From the human T2T-CHM13v2.0 reference genome, Homo sapiens, in assembly GCF_009914755.1 (NCBI RefSeq), contig NC_060944.1: 64,000 bases of DNA; one strand, given 5' to 3'. Position numbers and translations under genes: made by a program. Under the pieces are notes generated by a model. It worked only from the letters and a program-made list of their open reading frames with translations, was not told the DNA's origin and ran no database searches. Shown one piece after another: positions 14,378-29,806 of the stretch (position 1 is its first letter; the number at the start of each line of letters is the position of its first letter).

Positions 14378-14768
14378 TGTAATAGTCCATTTTCTGTTGC
14401 TTATAACAGAATACTTGAAACTGGATAATCCAAAAGGAAAGGAATTTATTTCTTACAGTTAGGGATGCTAATAAATCCAATGTTGAGAGGCCGCATCTAA
14501 TGAGAGCCTCCTTGCTGGTTGCATGGCAAGGAGGATGACCGTGCACATGGGCTAGCTCAGGTTGCTCTTCCCCTTCTTGTAAAACCACCAGTTCCCCTTT
14601 CATGATAACTCATTAATCCATTAATCCATGAATGGATGGATTCATTCAATTCTCATTGAATTGAGCCCTTGTGATCCAATCACCTCTTTAAGGCCCTACC
14701 TCTCAATACTGGCATATTGGGGATTGAGTTTCAAAAAGTGTATTGGAAGGGACATTCCAACTATAGCA
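14378..14768 (-). mobile_element. MSTC-like MaLR solo LTR
   Basis: TGTAATAGTCCATTTTCTGTTGCTTATAACAGAATAC ... CATTAATCCATTAATCC ... CTATAGCA, with TG..CA termini. Confidence 0.88.
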
Positions 14769-15060
14769 GGGTCCATGAACTTAATGGGAAAACATTACTT
14801 CTTTGTATTTCCTAAGCTTTTGTTGAAATATAGCTTTTCTACCAATTATAAATATGGACAAATAACCCACGGTAATGTCAGCATTCTGCAACATATTACA
14901 ATACAGTTGTTGATGTAGAGACATCTGGTCTCAACAGATGCTTTACGTCCAACACTACTTAGATATTATGGTAAATATTAGACCTACCACTAGATCTTTC
15001 TACTTAAAGCGTTAGTAAGGGAGCACATGCCTCACTACAGCAATTAAAAATATTATTATA

Positions 15061-15293
15061 GATATGTGGGAGCTAAGCTATGAGGAGGTATAAGAATCAT
15101 ACAATGGACTTCAGGGACTTGGGGAGAAGAGTGTGAGGGGGGCGAGGGATAAAAGACAACAAATATGGTGCAGTGTATACTGCTCGGATGATGGGTGCAC
15201 CAGGTTCTCACAAATCTCCACTAAAGAACTTACTCATCTAACCAAATACCACCTGTACTTCAATAACTTATGGAAAAATAAAATTAAGAAAAG
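15061..15293 (+). mobile_element. L1PB1-like 3' end, 5'-truncated
   Basis: GTGGGAGCTAAGCTATGAGGA...GATGGGTGCACCAGG...CCACTAAAGAACTTACTCAT...CTTATGGAAAAATAAAA. Confidence 0.9.
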
Positions 15294-15695
15294 ACTATAA
15301 ATATTTCATTATTGATGTTTTTCTTAATAATTCTATATATTTTATTTAATGCATTTAAAAATTGTTATTCTGAGAAGCAGTCAACGGCTCCATTGAATTG
15401 TAAAATGAGTCCATGTAACAGTAAAGGTTAAGAACCTTGGCTCTTAGAGGAAATTATTCTTCCAACTGGATACTTTGTGGTCCTTGATTTTGGAGAAGGG
15501 GAGGGGTATAAAGGAAGAGGAGAAAAGGAATCTGGAATTTGTTTTGGCCTAACAGAGCTTCTGATTGTTTCTGTTGGTTCTGTGTCCAGAGCTAAACACC
15601 TGCATAGCAATTTAAAAATGTGGAGAAAGGAAGAAAGAAAAAAACGTAGTTTACACTAGACAGGGGCGTCTAGGGCAGCACCAAAACAAAATCCT

Positions 15696-15993
<298 letters not shown>

Positions 15994-16379
15994 GCAACAA
16001 CCCCACAAAAAGTCTCACAGCAAAACAAAAAACAAAAAACAACAGCCTTCTCACGTTTTCTTCCCTCTTTTTGGACAATTTTTTTTTCTGGTGCCAATAC
16101 CCAAGCTGCTTTTCCTTTTTTTTTTTTTTTTTTCAGCAGTGTTAGAAATGTAGTTTTACATATATTCTAGAAGATACTCACGCATTTCAATGTTACTTTC
16201 CATAGGAGGAACTTGTAGGCAAAGCTCCTGTGCCATTGATTGAGCCCTTTTTCCAAACTGTCACACACTCACAACTTTTCCTGCCTAAGTCTTTGCTGAT
16301 GACTGTAAAGTCATAATAAAAGGCCAGCTTGCCATGGAGATTGCTATTATCTGTGGGAGAAGTTGGTTTATTTGCAAGA

Positions 16380-16527
16380 CTATAGAAGAGTCTATGAACT
16401 TAGATGGGAAAATAATATTTCTTTATATTTCCTAAGCTTTTGTTGAAATGTACCATTTCCATCAATTATAAATATGGACAGTAAACCCATGGTAATATCA
16501 GTACTCTGCCATGTATTACGATACAGT
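16380..16527 (+). repeat. Local duplicate of 14761-14907 (LTR end plus MER113 internal piece)
   Basis: Manual alignment about 84% identical, with shared blocks TATTTCCTAAGCTTTTGTTGAAAT and CAATTATAAATATGGACA. Confidence 0.85.
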
Positions 16528-16839
16528 GGTATTGTCAGTAGGGGCTAGAGGTATAAACTGACAGCTACTGTGTATGCTAAATTTCCAGCTGTGAACCACA
16601 TTGACTTTGGGAGTTAATAGTTGAAGTAAAGTGTATGTAATGAGACATCATGTTTTTCCAGAGTTTCTGTTAAAATAGTCTCATCAGAGTAATATTGAGA
16701 GGAAGAGGCCCTGTCAGAAAGAGTTATTTTTTGCTTCTATGATATCTTTTGATTCTGCAAGGTGGTGGAAAGGAGAAAGCAAGGAGGAAAGTGGGAAGAA
16801 AATGTGGGCAGTGAACTTTACGGGGCCTGGGGGACAGAC

Positions 16840-17410
<571 letters not shown>

Positions 17411-19549
17411 CTTCTGGAAGGCTGCTGCTGTGACCAGATGAGTATGTCAGCTGAGCTGTCAGAAGTGACAAGACTACGAGCAGCTGCTGTTTTGACACGT
17501 CTGCTATGTTTGTCTCTGTGATCAACCAGCAATCCTGTCCCACTGGGGAGGGGTGTTCTTGGCATTGGTCTGCCAACAGCCTGTCCTCCTTCCTTTACTC
17601 TTAATAATCTTGGTTTTTTTTTTTTTTTTGAATTAAGTAACTGACTGTGTCAGTTTTGCTAACTGAAAAATCAGGGTCTTAATAATAGTTAGCATTTACC
17701 TGCCTCACATGCTGGATTAATCAGCGTGCTTGTGAAGTCACAAATTTCTTAAAGTCGAGATAGTGACTCTGCTACTCCCGTAATGAGGGTGTGAGCACTG
17801 AGGTAAGTGTATATATACAGATTCATATCTGTACTTGAGCTTTTGTTCATATGTAGTTAATGTTTTAAATGGGATAATTGTTTGACTGATAAATAAGATA
17901 ATTCATGTGAAAGTCTTTGTAAACAGCTAAGCATTAGTAAAAGCCAAACTTCATACTTATTAAAGTTGTGCCCGAAATAAAAATCATGTAACAGCTGGAA
18001 AATTACCAGCTATCAAGGAAGAAGTCAAGTCCCTGGGGAGTAAAAGGGGCTAGGAGAACCCTAAGCTTTAGACCTGGTTGATCACTAAATAACCAGGGAA
18101 GTTACTGCTCCATTTATAATCTTATCTTCCTCTTCTGTAGAATAAAAATACTGTAGGCTTGGCCTATGTTTCAGCCTTCTTGAGAATCATTCTCGGAGAA
18201 TGATGCTAAAAAGTGCTTGATGAAAAGTATGGTAGGTGAAATTTTGGGATGGTCCTCTACATATTTCCTGCTTCTTCCCATAGTTGGTAATATAAATCTC
18301 ATTCATAAAATAACACTATTTTTAAATCGATTTAGTTCTTAGTAAGGACCTTTTTAAAAAAGTTCAGTGAGTGGTTAAAAACCCTCATAATGGTCTCTAG
18401 CCTCCTGCCGTTTGGACCTGGACTAACTTAAAAATGATGCCTGCCTTGCTTCTAATTACCTGTGTGTTTATTGCAACTAATAAATGTATTTTATACAAGT
18501 TATTATTTTACAGCTTAGATTTAGCTGCTTATTTGTTTAGAAAAAAGTTTGATAACAACAAAAAGCATAGCTCATCTCCTCATGGACTGGGGCATTCATC
18601 TGCTTTGAATGTGGAGACAGAAACCTTATAGACAGTTTCAATTTGTCTTACATTTATTGTGTACACAACTGACTGGTCTAGACACTATGAAGACAACAGA
18701 GGGGGTAAGATATAGTTCTGCCTTTAGGAGTAAAATGATCAATCATTCTCTAAAAGACTGTCCGTTTGCCAAACAGCAAAAAGAAACCAACTGGTTGCTA
18801 AATACGTGATTTTCATTTGCCTCATATCTGCACTGGCGTCCAACACGGAAGCAGTAAGTATGTATCCACGTGTGCAGAATGATTCGCCCAGGGCTAGTTT
18901 AACAATGGCTATTATTCACAATAATAAGCTAGTTTGCATTGACACTCCTAATTCAAAGTGATGTCGCGCCTGCTTTCAAAATAGGTCAGCTTGATAACTT
19001 ATTGGCGTAGTCACCCTCGGGAAATCACAAAGAGATAGCTCTTTACCAAATTAGTGGCTGATATCCAGGCTTGGTTTGAAAACTGTGCTTTGAGGGAGAC
19101 TTGTTTCTTGTGCTTGACCAGAAAAGCACAGAAACACTGAATTATAATGTACAGCTTTTAAATCCAAGATTTGGCTATACATTTAGGATAGTTTATGCAA
19201 AACTGGCAGAGGTTGGTTTCTAGCTTTTTTTAGTTTCTAGGTTTGATCATTTCCCTCTGGTTAGTGTGGAGAGAACTAAAGCCTTCTGTTCTGAACAAAC
19301 AACCACAACCCAAATAGGCCAAGAGACTAGGAAAATACCAGGACAAGTGAAATGAGGAGTGTCCTTTAGGGCAGCCAAGCTGAGGCACAGAGCTTAAAAC
19401 CAATGCTAGGGCATGCCCGAGAGATTTCTTAAGAGGGCTGATGGCACTTCTTTTTGAAGCTGTAAAGTAGTGGCTGTTTACATTAAGGCAGAAAAAATGT
19501 CAAATACTATACAGCTGTGTCTGTCATGCTCTTCTGCTATTTTTTCCTC

Positions 19550-20103
19550 TGTGTACCATTTTGGTAACAGTTTCTTCATTTTTCCCTGGGGACCCATTTC
19601 TTTCCTATTTTCAGATCCTGAAGTTTGGATGGGACTTACAGCCTCTCTTTGCTTCCACCACCACCAGTGATAGTCACATGGCCCATACTTGACCAATCAG
19701 AACACTGTATCCCCAGCCAGAATGATTAGTTTGGAGTATGCTCCTGGTGTACCATACAATCAGAGAGCCTCATTCCCAGGGCTTCTGCTAGAGATTTTAG
19801 GGAAGAGGTGCTCTGTTCTTTCTAGATTAGATGTACCAGCAGTATGTAAACCTAACATTCCTGGAGACCATCTTTGTCACCACATAAAGGGATCTCCTCT
19901 GAGAACGACAACAATCCAGAGGAAAATAGAATTGAGAGATGGTGAGGGGTATACTCCTGATAACACCAATTGAGTTATATTAAAAGGGGATCTAAGTTCA
20001 GCTTTGCCTAAACCCTCAGATCCAGTTAACTGATTTTTCTCTTTGCATAGATTAGTTTGGGTTATGTTTCTGTTGCTTGCAATGAAGAGTGCTTTGAATA
20101 ATA
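19550..20103 (+). mobile_element. Old MaLR LTR (MLT1K/L-like)
   Basis: GACCAATCAGAACAC...CCATCTTTGTCACCAC...AGTTTGGGTTATGTTTCTGTTGCTTGCAA. Confidence 0.6.
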
Positions 20104-20124
20104 TGTGGTCTTTTATAAAGCCTA

Positions 20125-20652
20125 TGTGTCAGTCATCTACTGCCATGATAATGCTGCATAACAAAATACTTAAAAAAAAACAACCTCAGGGACATCCAAA
20201 AATAGTCATTTCTTTCTTTCTTATTTATTTATTTTCTTTCCAATTTTTATTTTAGGTTCAAGGGGTACACATGCAGGTTTGTTACATGGGTAAAGTCTTT
20301 CTTTTTAGTGTATTCATGAGGTAGTTGAGATTGGGTTTGTCCATGTTGGGTTTAGCTAGAGTAGGTTCCTAGCTTCACGTTGTTCAAGTGTACTCCGTGT
20401 GTCTCTTATCCCTTTTGAACAAGTGGTTATTTGGGGCATGTTATAATTTTCATGGTGACTGAAAGCAATGCCAGACAGCAATCCCAATTATACAAGCACA
20501 GCTCAAGCCTCTTCCTCTGTCGTGTTCACTAACATCCCATTGGACAAAGCAAGTAACTTGGTTAAGTTCAGCATCAAGGGAGTGGAGAATGGCACTCTTT
20601 CCACGAATATGGGGGAAAGGGAGTGAATATTTGATGAACAATAATCTACCAC
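20125..20652 (-). mobile_element. MLT1I-like MaLR LTR
   Basis: TGTGTCAGTCATCTACTGCCATGATAATGCTGCATAACAAA ... ACATCCCATTGGACAAAGCAAGT ... AATCTACCACA. Confidence 0.7.
20215..20293 (-). mobile_element. Very short L1PA (old primate) 3' tip
   Basis: TTTTATTTTAGGTTCAAGGGGTACACATGCAGGTTTGTTACATGGGTAA; flanked by AGTCATTTCTTT / AGTCTTTCTTT. Confidence 0.85.
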
Positions 20653-20847
20653 ATCCTAAACTTAACCAAAGGAAATAAGGACTAGGCATTATAGAATCAT
20701 GGAATTCTAAATCTGCTATAAATATAGTAACAAACAGTATGAAATATTTTAAATACGTTAATGTAACAAAAGGCTATTTTTTAAGAACTGAGATATGTGT
20801 ATTCCTGAAAGATTCAAGTTCTGTTTCAAATATTAATGATGTTGAAA

Positions 20848-21160
20848 TTTGTTTGTTTGTTTGTTTGTTTGTTTTGAGACAGAGTCTCGCTCTGTCGCCC
20901 AGGCTGGAGTGCAGTGGCGCGATCTTGGCTCACTGCAAGCTGTGCCTCCTGGGTTCACGCCATTCTCCAGCCTCAGCTTCCCACGTAGCTGCGATTACAG
21001 GCACCCGCCACCACGCCCGCCCGGCTAATTTTTTGTATTTTTAGTAGAGACGGGATTTCACCGTGTTAGCCAGGATGGTCTCAATCTCCTGACCTCGTGA
21101 TCCGCCCACCTCAGCCTCCCAAATTGCTGGGATGACAGGCATGAGCCACAGCGCCCAGCC
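20848..21160 (-). mobile_element. AluY with (AAAC)n tail
   Basis: Y diagnostics CTGCAAGCT, TTCACGCCATTCTCC, GTTAGCCAGGATGG, GACCTCGTGATCC; TSD TTGAAATT(T/A)GTTT. Confidence 0.96.
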
Positions 21161-21365
21161 TTGAAATTAGTTTTGAAATAAGTAGAATATTTTATGGCTG
21201 CCTCCTTCTGGCTAAGGGATTACTTCAGTGATATAGTTATCAACTGATATAGACATTCAATAGCAATTTGTGTAAGTTGATTTTGAAATTCAAAATCTTA
21301 TATCTTATATCAAACATTGTACAAATATCATGAACTATACAGGGAGTGTAAGATTAAAGGAGAAT

Positions 21366-21660
21366 AGCTGAGTGTGGTGGCTTGTGCCAGTAATTCCAGC
21401 TACTCAGGAGACGGAGGCAAGAGGATCACATGAGCCCAGGCATTTGAGACCAGCCTGGGCAACATAGTGAGACCCCATCTCTACAAAAATAAAATTAGAA
21501 AACATAGCTGGCCGTGGTAGCATGCACCTGTATTTCCAGCTACTTAGGAGGCTGAGGGGAGAGGATCGCTTGAGCATAGCAGTTCAAGGCTGCAATGAGC
21601 TGTGACCACACCACTGCACTCCAGCCTGGATGACAGAGAAAGACTGTCTCTTAAAAAATA
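21366..21660 (+). mobile_element. AluJ
   Basis: Diverged dimer; TSD-like TAAAGGAGA on both sides. Confidence 0.92.
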
Positions 21661-21669
21661 TAAAGGAGA

Positions 21670-22012
<343 letters not shown>

Positions 22013-23897
22013 TCATTCTTTTGGGTGCCTCCTATGTTTCAGGTACTGTGCTAACGAACCTCAGTGATATTAAATAATGTGGTCAAATTCCCACATTCTG
22101 GTAAAAGCCAGAGAAAGGACATCTACCTGAGGATGTCTTGTGTCAAAGCTTGGGCTCTGGCTTCACTACGTTGTAGGAAGTTTAAGTTAGACAATAAGGA
22201 TGAGTTGACAGCTTACTAATGGCAGGTATGTCTTCTCAATTCTAGAAAATGCTGCATTGATAAAGAAAACCATGTTCCAGTCTTGCTTTAAAGCAGGAGG
22301 TTGAACTAGGTGAAGAGAGACTGGTTAAAGAATACAACTAAGGAATCAGCTGGTACAATGATGCAAAGTACAGGACCTTGTGAGGCTCCCCTGGGAGTTT
22401 TCTGTCTTGCACTATGGGTAAAACAATTGTCCTGACAATTCATTATGAGGAGTTAATGTAACATGCATGAAAAGATTTTTCATATAGCATGTGGCTGAGG
22501 GAGCACAGTTGTTATAAAGTTCAATTCAAAAACAAAAACCAGACTAGCTCTCTGTCCTGGTGATTCTATTACCAACCTGTCTAAAACAGAGGCTGAATTT
22601 GGTAATCTCTTGAAATCACTTGTGACCCTTCACTTCTCGGGTTGTTTTGATTTGGGGACTTTTCTATCCACTTGAAGAAAATATCTTTTAAAGGGTCATA
22701 CTGTCCCCGGTTTTGTTTGAGTTCCAACAGTGAGTACTAGGCTGCCTAAATGATCACAGCTGGGCAGTAAAAATTCCTGAGAAAGCAGAAACATTAAGTT
22801 TCAAATTCCACTTGAATTAATGTATCTGGAGGTAAGGTTTTATAGTTAAAATATTTGGATGGAAAACACAATTTTTTTAAATCTTTCCTTTGAATCAAGG
22901 TAACATCACATTGAGGGTTGAGCGTAAAGTAGCTGGAGGCAGTAACGTAGTCCACCCCCTCTCAAGAAAATGAAACCAGTGAAAAATGTCTTCTTAGGTT
23001 TTGTTATGTCTCTGTTTGACTATCTAACAGTTTACAAGTGATAATGTGGATGATGGCTGTGATAATATCTTTAACACAGTTAATATAAGAATATGATTCT
23101 GTTTATAAGGCACTTTTCAAACAAGGTAAGCACAACTTGAAAGTAATTGTATGGGAGGGCTGACTCCAGACACGTGGAGGCACGATTCTTAATTCTAATT
23201 TCAGCCTGGAGACAATTAGATTTAAAGCAACCAGGAAAAGTGCCCACTTTTCCTGGGTTGTGAAGGGGAAAGAAAACTTGATATATTTTTGTGAATCTCC
23301 TCCTCCTCTTCTACTCTTAGGATGGGAGGGTAGCTTCATTGCTAGGGAAGGTTCTGTGCAAACACACAATGTTGGGAATAATCAAAAGCCCAGAAAACTG
23401 AGTCAGGTACCTGCCTCTGGCAAAATTCTGAGTGAATAGATGGGTGCCCTGAGTGGTAGCAAGCAAGTGATCTGTCAGAACATGAAATGAGAGGAATTTC
23501 GAAGTTATGGCCTTGCCCAGATAATATTATGCCTCCCACTTCTGAAGGTTTCAGTCTAAGAACCCAGAAAAAGAACACTGTTTTACTCCTGAGAGATCTG
23601 CTCAGAGTAACGTGGGTCAGAAGAACTATTTTGAGTTTCATAGTCAGAGTGGCATGACCCAGCCAAGTTGTTATTTTTGTGACTCTTGCAACTCATTGCC
23701 CTCTTCTTTAATTTTTTTTTTTAATTTGAGGAAATAAAGGTGATGAGTTGAATCAGTGGTTTTAAAATTGTAAGCCTTGGAGCTCTTGTAGTCCTTAGAA
23801 ACCTCAGATGATCTCAACAACCACTAAAGTCCATCACCGGTTTGGCAGACAAGTAGGGCAAGGAGGAAGAACTCTGTTCTCTCCCCTTCCAATTCAC

Positions 23898-24022
23898 TGC
23901 ATACAGGACTTAAAACCTAGACGATGGGTTGATAAGTGCAGCAAACTACCGTGGCACATGTGTACCTATGTAACCTACACATTCTGCACTTGTATCCTGG
24001 AACTTAAAGTTTAAACAAAAAG
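23898..24022 (+). mobile_element. L1PA7/8-like 3' tip
   Basis: CTTAAAACCTAGACGATGGGTTGATAAGTGCAGCAAAC...GGCACATGTGTACCTATGTAAC...GAACTTAAAGT. Confidence 0.88.
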
Positions 24023-24214
24023 AATATTTTCCTAAGTTTAGGTTTGGGTGTACGACTCTGAACGACAACTTCTGTACTTATCTTTTTTACTAGTCAGCGT
24101 ACTTGACCTTAAAGCTTGCTCCTCTCTAATTCCACCATCCTGGGTGATCCTGAGCACCAGAACCAGGTTCAGAGTTTAGTCATTCTCAGAAGAAACACAA
24201 TTCAGCATTATAAG

Positions 24215-24450
24215 TATCACCTTAGGCCTTAGGAATATAAAGAACAAAAGATGATCCCTGCCCTCAAGGCTTTTATGGTTGAATGAGGAAAATACAGGCA
24301 AACCTATCATTATACTGCAACAATGTGATTGATTAAAGGGAGGCCAATGTCAAGGAGACAGGGAATGTAGAGGGTGGATTGCTTAGTCCAGCTGAGAGAG
24401 TGAGATGAAGCTTCAAAGAGAAGGAGGGCTTTGACAGTTTAAGAGAGCAT
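24215..24450 (-). mobile_element. L2 fragment
   Basis: GAACAAAAGATGATCCCTGCCCTCAAGG motif. Confidence 0.55.
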
Positions 24451-24454
24451 GTAT

Positions 24455-24902
<448 letters not shown>

Positions 24903-25062
24903 TCAGACATCTGCTTCATCCTTTTTGGCTCTTCCATTCTCATTATCCTCTCCTCTTCATCCCTCAACAATCTATTCTCATGTTCAGCTTGTGGCTTTTA
25001 TTTTTGCCATTCCCTTTGGCTGAAATGCTTTCCCCCCAGTCTTCAGTGATGTGTCTTCCTAA

Positions 25063-25797
<735 letters not shown>

Positions 25798-27009
25798 AAT
25801 ATTCTTTTGAACTCCCAGTCTTAAAGTAGACATCCTGCTTTACTCCTGCTTTGCTACAAATTATATTTATTTTTTACATTGCACTTCCGTGAAATTATGC
25901 TGTTCGAATGTTTATTTGTGATCTGTCTTCCCCCATGAAAATATAAACATCACGAAAGCAGGTATCTTACATGTCTTGTTCCATATTTGTCGTGTGTCTG
26001 GCACAAAGTAGGCATGTTGTGCACCAATGCAGAACACAAAGTGTATCTGTGCCACATGGGACCCGGTGTCTAACCTTTGGAGAAAGAAAACATATTTAGA
26101 AAGGCAAGCATTAGAATGCTCCCATCAATGGGCCCCCCAAATTAGGAAAACATGTATAAGGAACATAAGTTATTTATGTAATATTTCTCAATCTCAATTT
26201 TTTAAGTCTTAGACTCTAAAATCTAACAATACGAAAGAATATGGGGTTTATCCTAAAATATTATTGAGTATTTATTGGTAACAAAGTTAGATACAAATTT
26301 TTTGCTGAGTTTACAATGCACATTTACAATATTATAGTGAACATCAGTGTTTTCTTGTCGTTTGTTTAAAAAGTGAGCTTTATTAAAGGTTACTACTCTA
26401 TGTAGTGTGGCAGAGAGACTATGATGGTGACAGGGTCTTACATGGTTTTCCTTTAAGATCTGAGAATCAAAATGATATCTTTTATTACCAATACATTTCT
26501 TAAAAAATGTATTGCATATAAGAACAATAAAAACACAAAAGTGGAAAAGTTGAGAAGTTCAATTGGGAAAATTATTGATTATAAATAATTTCAAAAAATA
26601 ACTGGACAAACTCTAAACATAGGGGAAATTTTAAGAAGTGTTAAATTGTCTATATGACAAAGAAATGGAAATTGTGTTGAAATAATTTGTTCAAATGTTA
26701 TTGAATTGCTCATTTTTCTAAAACTACAATGGCCCTTTGAAGCCTATAGAATCTGTTAACATCTTTAGTACTTTTGATGCAATACAAATGGTTTCCAATA
26801 AATAAGCTTTAGTTTATTTCTCAACAGTAAGTTTTGATTGAAGATCTTAAAGATGACATTTCCCTCTTAGGAAGCTGTGCTGGAGTTGTTAACTTTGAAC
26901 TTATCTAACTTTACAAGCTGAGCTCTTTTTAGATTTAGATAATTGTCTTGCATTTGGGTGCTTACATCCTAAGGTACTACCTCCTTCCACCTATATAAGG
27001 AAATTTTGA

Positions 27010-27293
27010 GGCTGGGGGCAGTGGCTCATGCCTGTAATTCCCACACTTTCATAGGAGGATTGCTTGAGGCCAGGAGTTTGAGACCTGCCTGGGCAACACA
27101 GCAAGACTCCATCTCTACAAAAATTTTTAAAAATTAGCCAGACATGGTAGTGCATGTCTGTGGTCCCGGCTACTCAGGAGGCTGAGGTGGGAGGATCACT
27201 TGAACCCAGGAGTTCAAGGCAGCAGTGAGCTAGGATTGCACCACTGCACTCCAGCCTGGGCAGCAGAGCAAGACCCTGTCTCTTAAAAAAAAA
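27010..27293 (+). mobile_element. AluJ with short left-arm deletion
   Basis: J diagnostics (GGAGGATCACTTGAACCCAGGAGTTCAAGGC); lacks the GGGAGGCCGAGG segment. Confidence 0.93.
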
Positions 27294-28344
27294 GTTGACA
27301 TGATTAAAACCTTATAGAATCAATACAATTAAATCATTTGCATTATTGCCCAGGAAATGCTCAATATTATCAACATGATTCTCTTAACAGGAAATTTTAG
27401 CACAAAACCTAGGATCAAGCAGGAAGTTACTTCACTTTTCATAATTGCAAGCATTGCTAAGTGAATTCCTTTGTTCCAATACAAACTTTGGACATCTTTG
27501 GCATGTCTTTCCTTCATGTCCTCATCTCAGATGCCACAAGGAGATGTACAACATGGCATATTTTCAGTCCTCTGTGGTGAGCATTCAGCACTGGTTGTGT
27601 TTGCATCCACACAACGGCAATAAACTATGGGAACTATCTCTACTTGACGTATCTGATTTCTACACTAGTGGGAATTCCAATCTTTCTTTCCATCAGATGC
27701 TTAAAACACTGTTGAATGGATGAAATTATCCTCAGGCACCATGAGATATCCAACAGCATAGGGAAGGTACATGGACACGTTGGACAGAAGTGGATTTCGT
27801 GTTGAACTCAAAGCCAGAGGTCAAACTACTACTATTCTTTTGTAAAGTAGGATTCTTTATGTGATGGTGCTGTTTTCCTTTAAGATGATCTTTGCAGCAC
27901 ATGATAGAGAGGAGAAATCCTGCCCAAGGGAAGTTAGACTATAAGTACTTCACAAGGGAGTATCTATCCGTATATGTGGGTAATTATACAGGCTGTGCAG
28001 AGTGTAGGCAGATTATTTCATGAGAATATTGCCTTGTTTGTGAAAGCAGGAATGGATGTTCACTGAGGTAACCTGGCAACCAAAGAGATAAAGTAGGGGT
28101 GCACGGTAGTTATGGTGGCCAAAGGCATTGTCTTCTCAGACACATTTTCCCAGGCTCTGTCACCTTTTCTGGAGGTGCCCCAAAGCCACTACTGAAGGGG
28201 TAGGCCTAGGCAGATATGTTCAGACCAGATGACGACCTTGCTTCAATGACTAACGTTATTTGGAGCAAGGGCCCATAATCCAAGCTGAGCCCCTCATATT
28301 CTCATTTTAAATTGGAACTAAGATACATAGAAAATAAGGCAGTG

Positions 28345-28808
28345 AATGTTAGATGCTGTCAGGTGCTATCCAGCTCCATGGGACCTCACCATTGTGGAGC
28401 GCCATGGATGGATTTCCCAAAGCTGAGTGTTTTCTCTGGTAACCAAAGACATCATTGCACATGATCATGGCAAGTCAGAAGTACCAGAAATTGATATTCC
28501 TAGGAAGAGCTCTTCAGCAATGACTTACAAAAGTTGGGATATAAACACCTCAGTTTCTTTGCCTCTTGCCTGGGATAACTCTGAGGCATGTGTTTTGTAC
28601 CAATTTCCAGAGTTTCTCGGCAAGATGAAGCTCCACTTGCCCACAGAGGTAACTGGCTTGATCATACACATTGTATTTATTGCCTTCTCTTTCCTGTTTT
28701 ACTTCCCAACATCCTGGTCAGTATTTCCTGGGATTACCTCTCAAATAAAATGCTTGTACTCAGATTCCTGTCTCAGAATCCACTTTTAAGGAATCAAAAA
28801 TTATGACA
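28345..28808 (+). mobile_element. LTR16C-like ERVL solo LTR
   Basis: CAGCAATGACT...ATAAACACCTCAG...TGGGATAACTCTGAGGCATGTGTT...AAGCTCCACTTGCCCACAG...CCTGGGATTACCTCTCAAATAAA. Confidence 0.8.
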
Positions 28809-29062
28809 AAACAATAGGTCAGGTAGATTTAAGGTCAGTTGGGTCATAGCAACCCAAAGCGACATATGTTCAAGTTAAAGTTGTGAGGGGAAATAAAATT
28901 TGTTAAAAACCCTTGAACTAGCTTACATAACAGATAATGGAGAGGTGAGTAGAGGGTAGAGATGAGAGACCATACCATAAAAAGAGAGAGCCAACCAGTA
29001 GGCCAGAGATACTGCCTGGTAACTTTCTAGCATTTGTGTTTCGTGAGATTACAAATAGGTTT

Positions 29063-29202
29063 TCTTCTTGAGATAGTGTAAAGTGTATCTGCTTCTTGCT
29101 ATCTAAATATCCCTGGTTGAGACAAAAGTCAATCTTCTTGAGATAGTATGAAGTGTATCTGCTTCTTGTTATCTAAATATCCCTGGTTGAGACAAAAGTC
29201 AA
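29063..29202. repeat. Head-to-tail tandem duplication, 2 x 70 bp
   Basis: 29063-29132 versus 29133-29202, 3 mismatches. Confidence 0.97.
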
Positions 29203-29516
29203 AAATCAACTAAGCTGGAAGTTTGAGGGTCAAAAAAAGCTATTTGTAAGGAATTGCTAGTATACAGCCCGTTGGTTGGGTGGCAGAAGAGTACAAAACA
29301 CCAGTGAAGATGGCTTAATAGGGGAGGACCAAAGACCTGACAGAATTGGCACAGGAGGTGAGAAAATTAAGCTGTGAGAAGAAAAAGCATGTTTTGTCTA
29401 TTAACCTGTGATATTATGGTGAAGAAGAAGCCTCAAAGTGCTTGGAAAAGAAGCACTTATTGATATTCTCCGAGCGTAAGTCAAAAGTGGACTTAAAGAT
29501 GCCAAGTAAAAATCCC

Positions 29517-29806
<290 letters not shown>

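Larger units (their letters stand above)
14334..15440 (+). mobile_element. MER113-like hAT-Charlie element, interrupted by MSTC and L1PB
   Basis: Termini TTAATCTTGGGATCCATGG ... AAAGGTTAAGAACCTTG; internal GGTCCATGAACTT..ATGGGAAAA, TATTAGACCTACCACTAGATCTT, TTATTCTGAGAAG. Confidence 0.75.

Noticed and set aside
18187-18205. Palindrome ATCATTCTC-G-GAGAATGAT
   Set aside because: 9-bp arms are within chance expectation for 64 kb, and there is no supporting context.
28427-28789. 120-aa ORF
   Set aside because: Lies wholly in an LTR16C-like solo LTR, has a non-ATG start and no recognisable domain.
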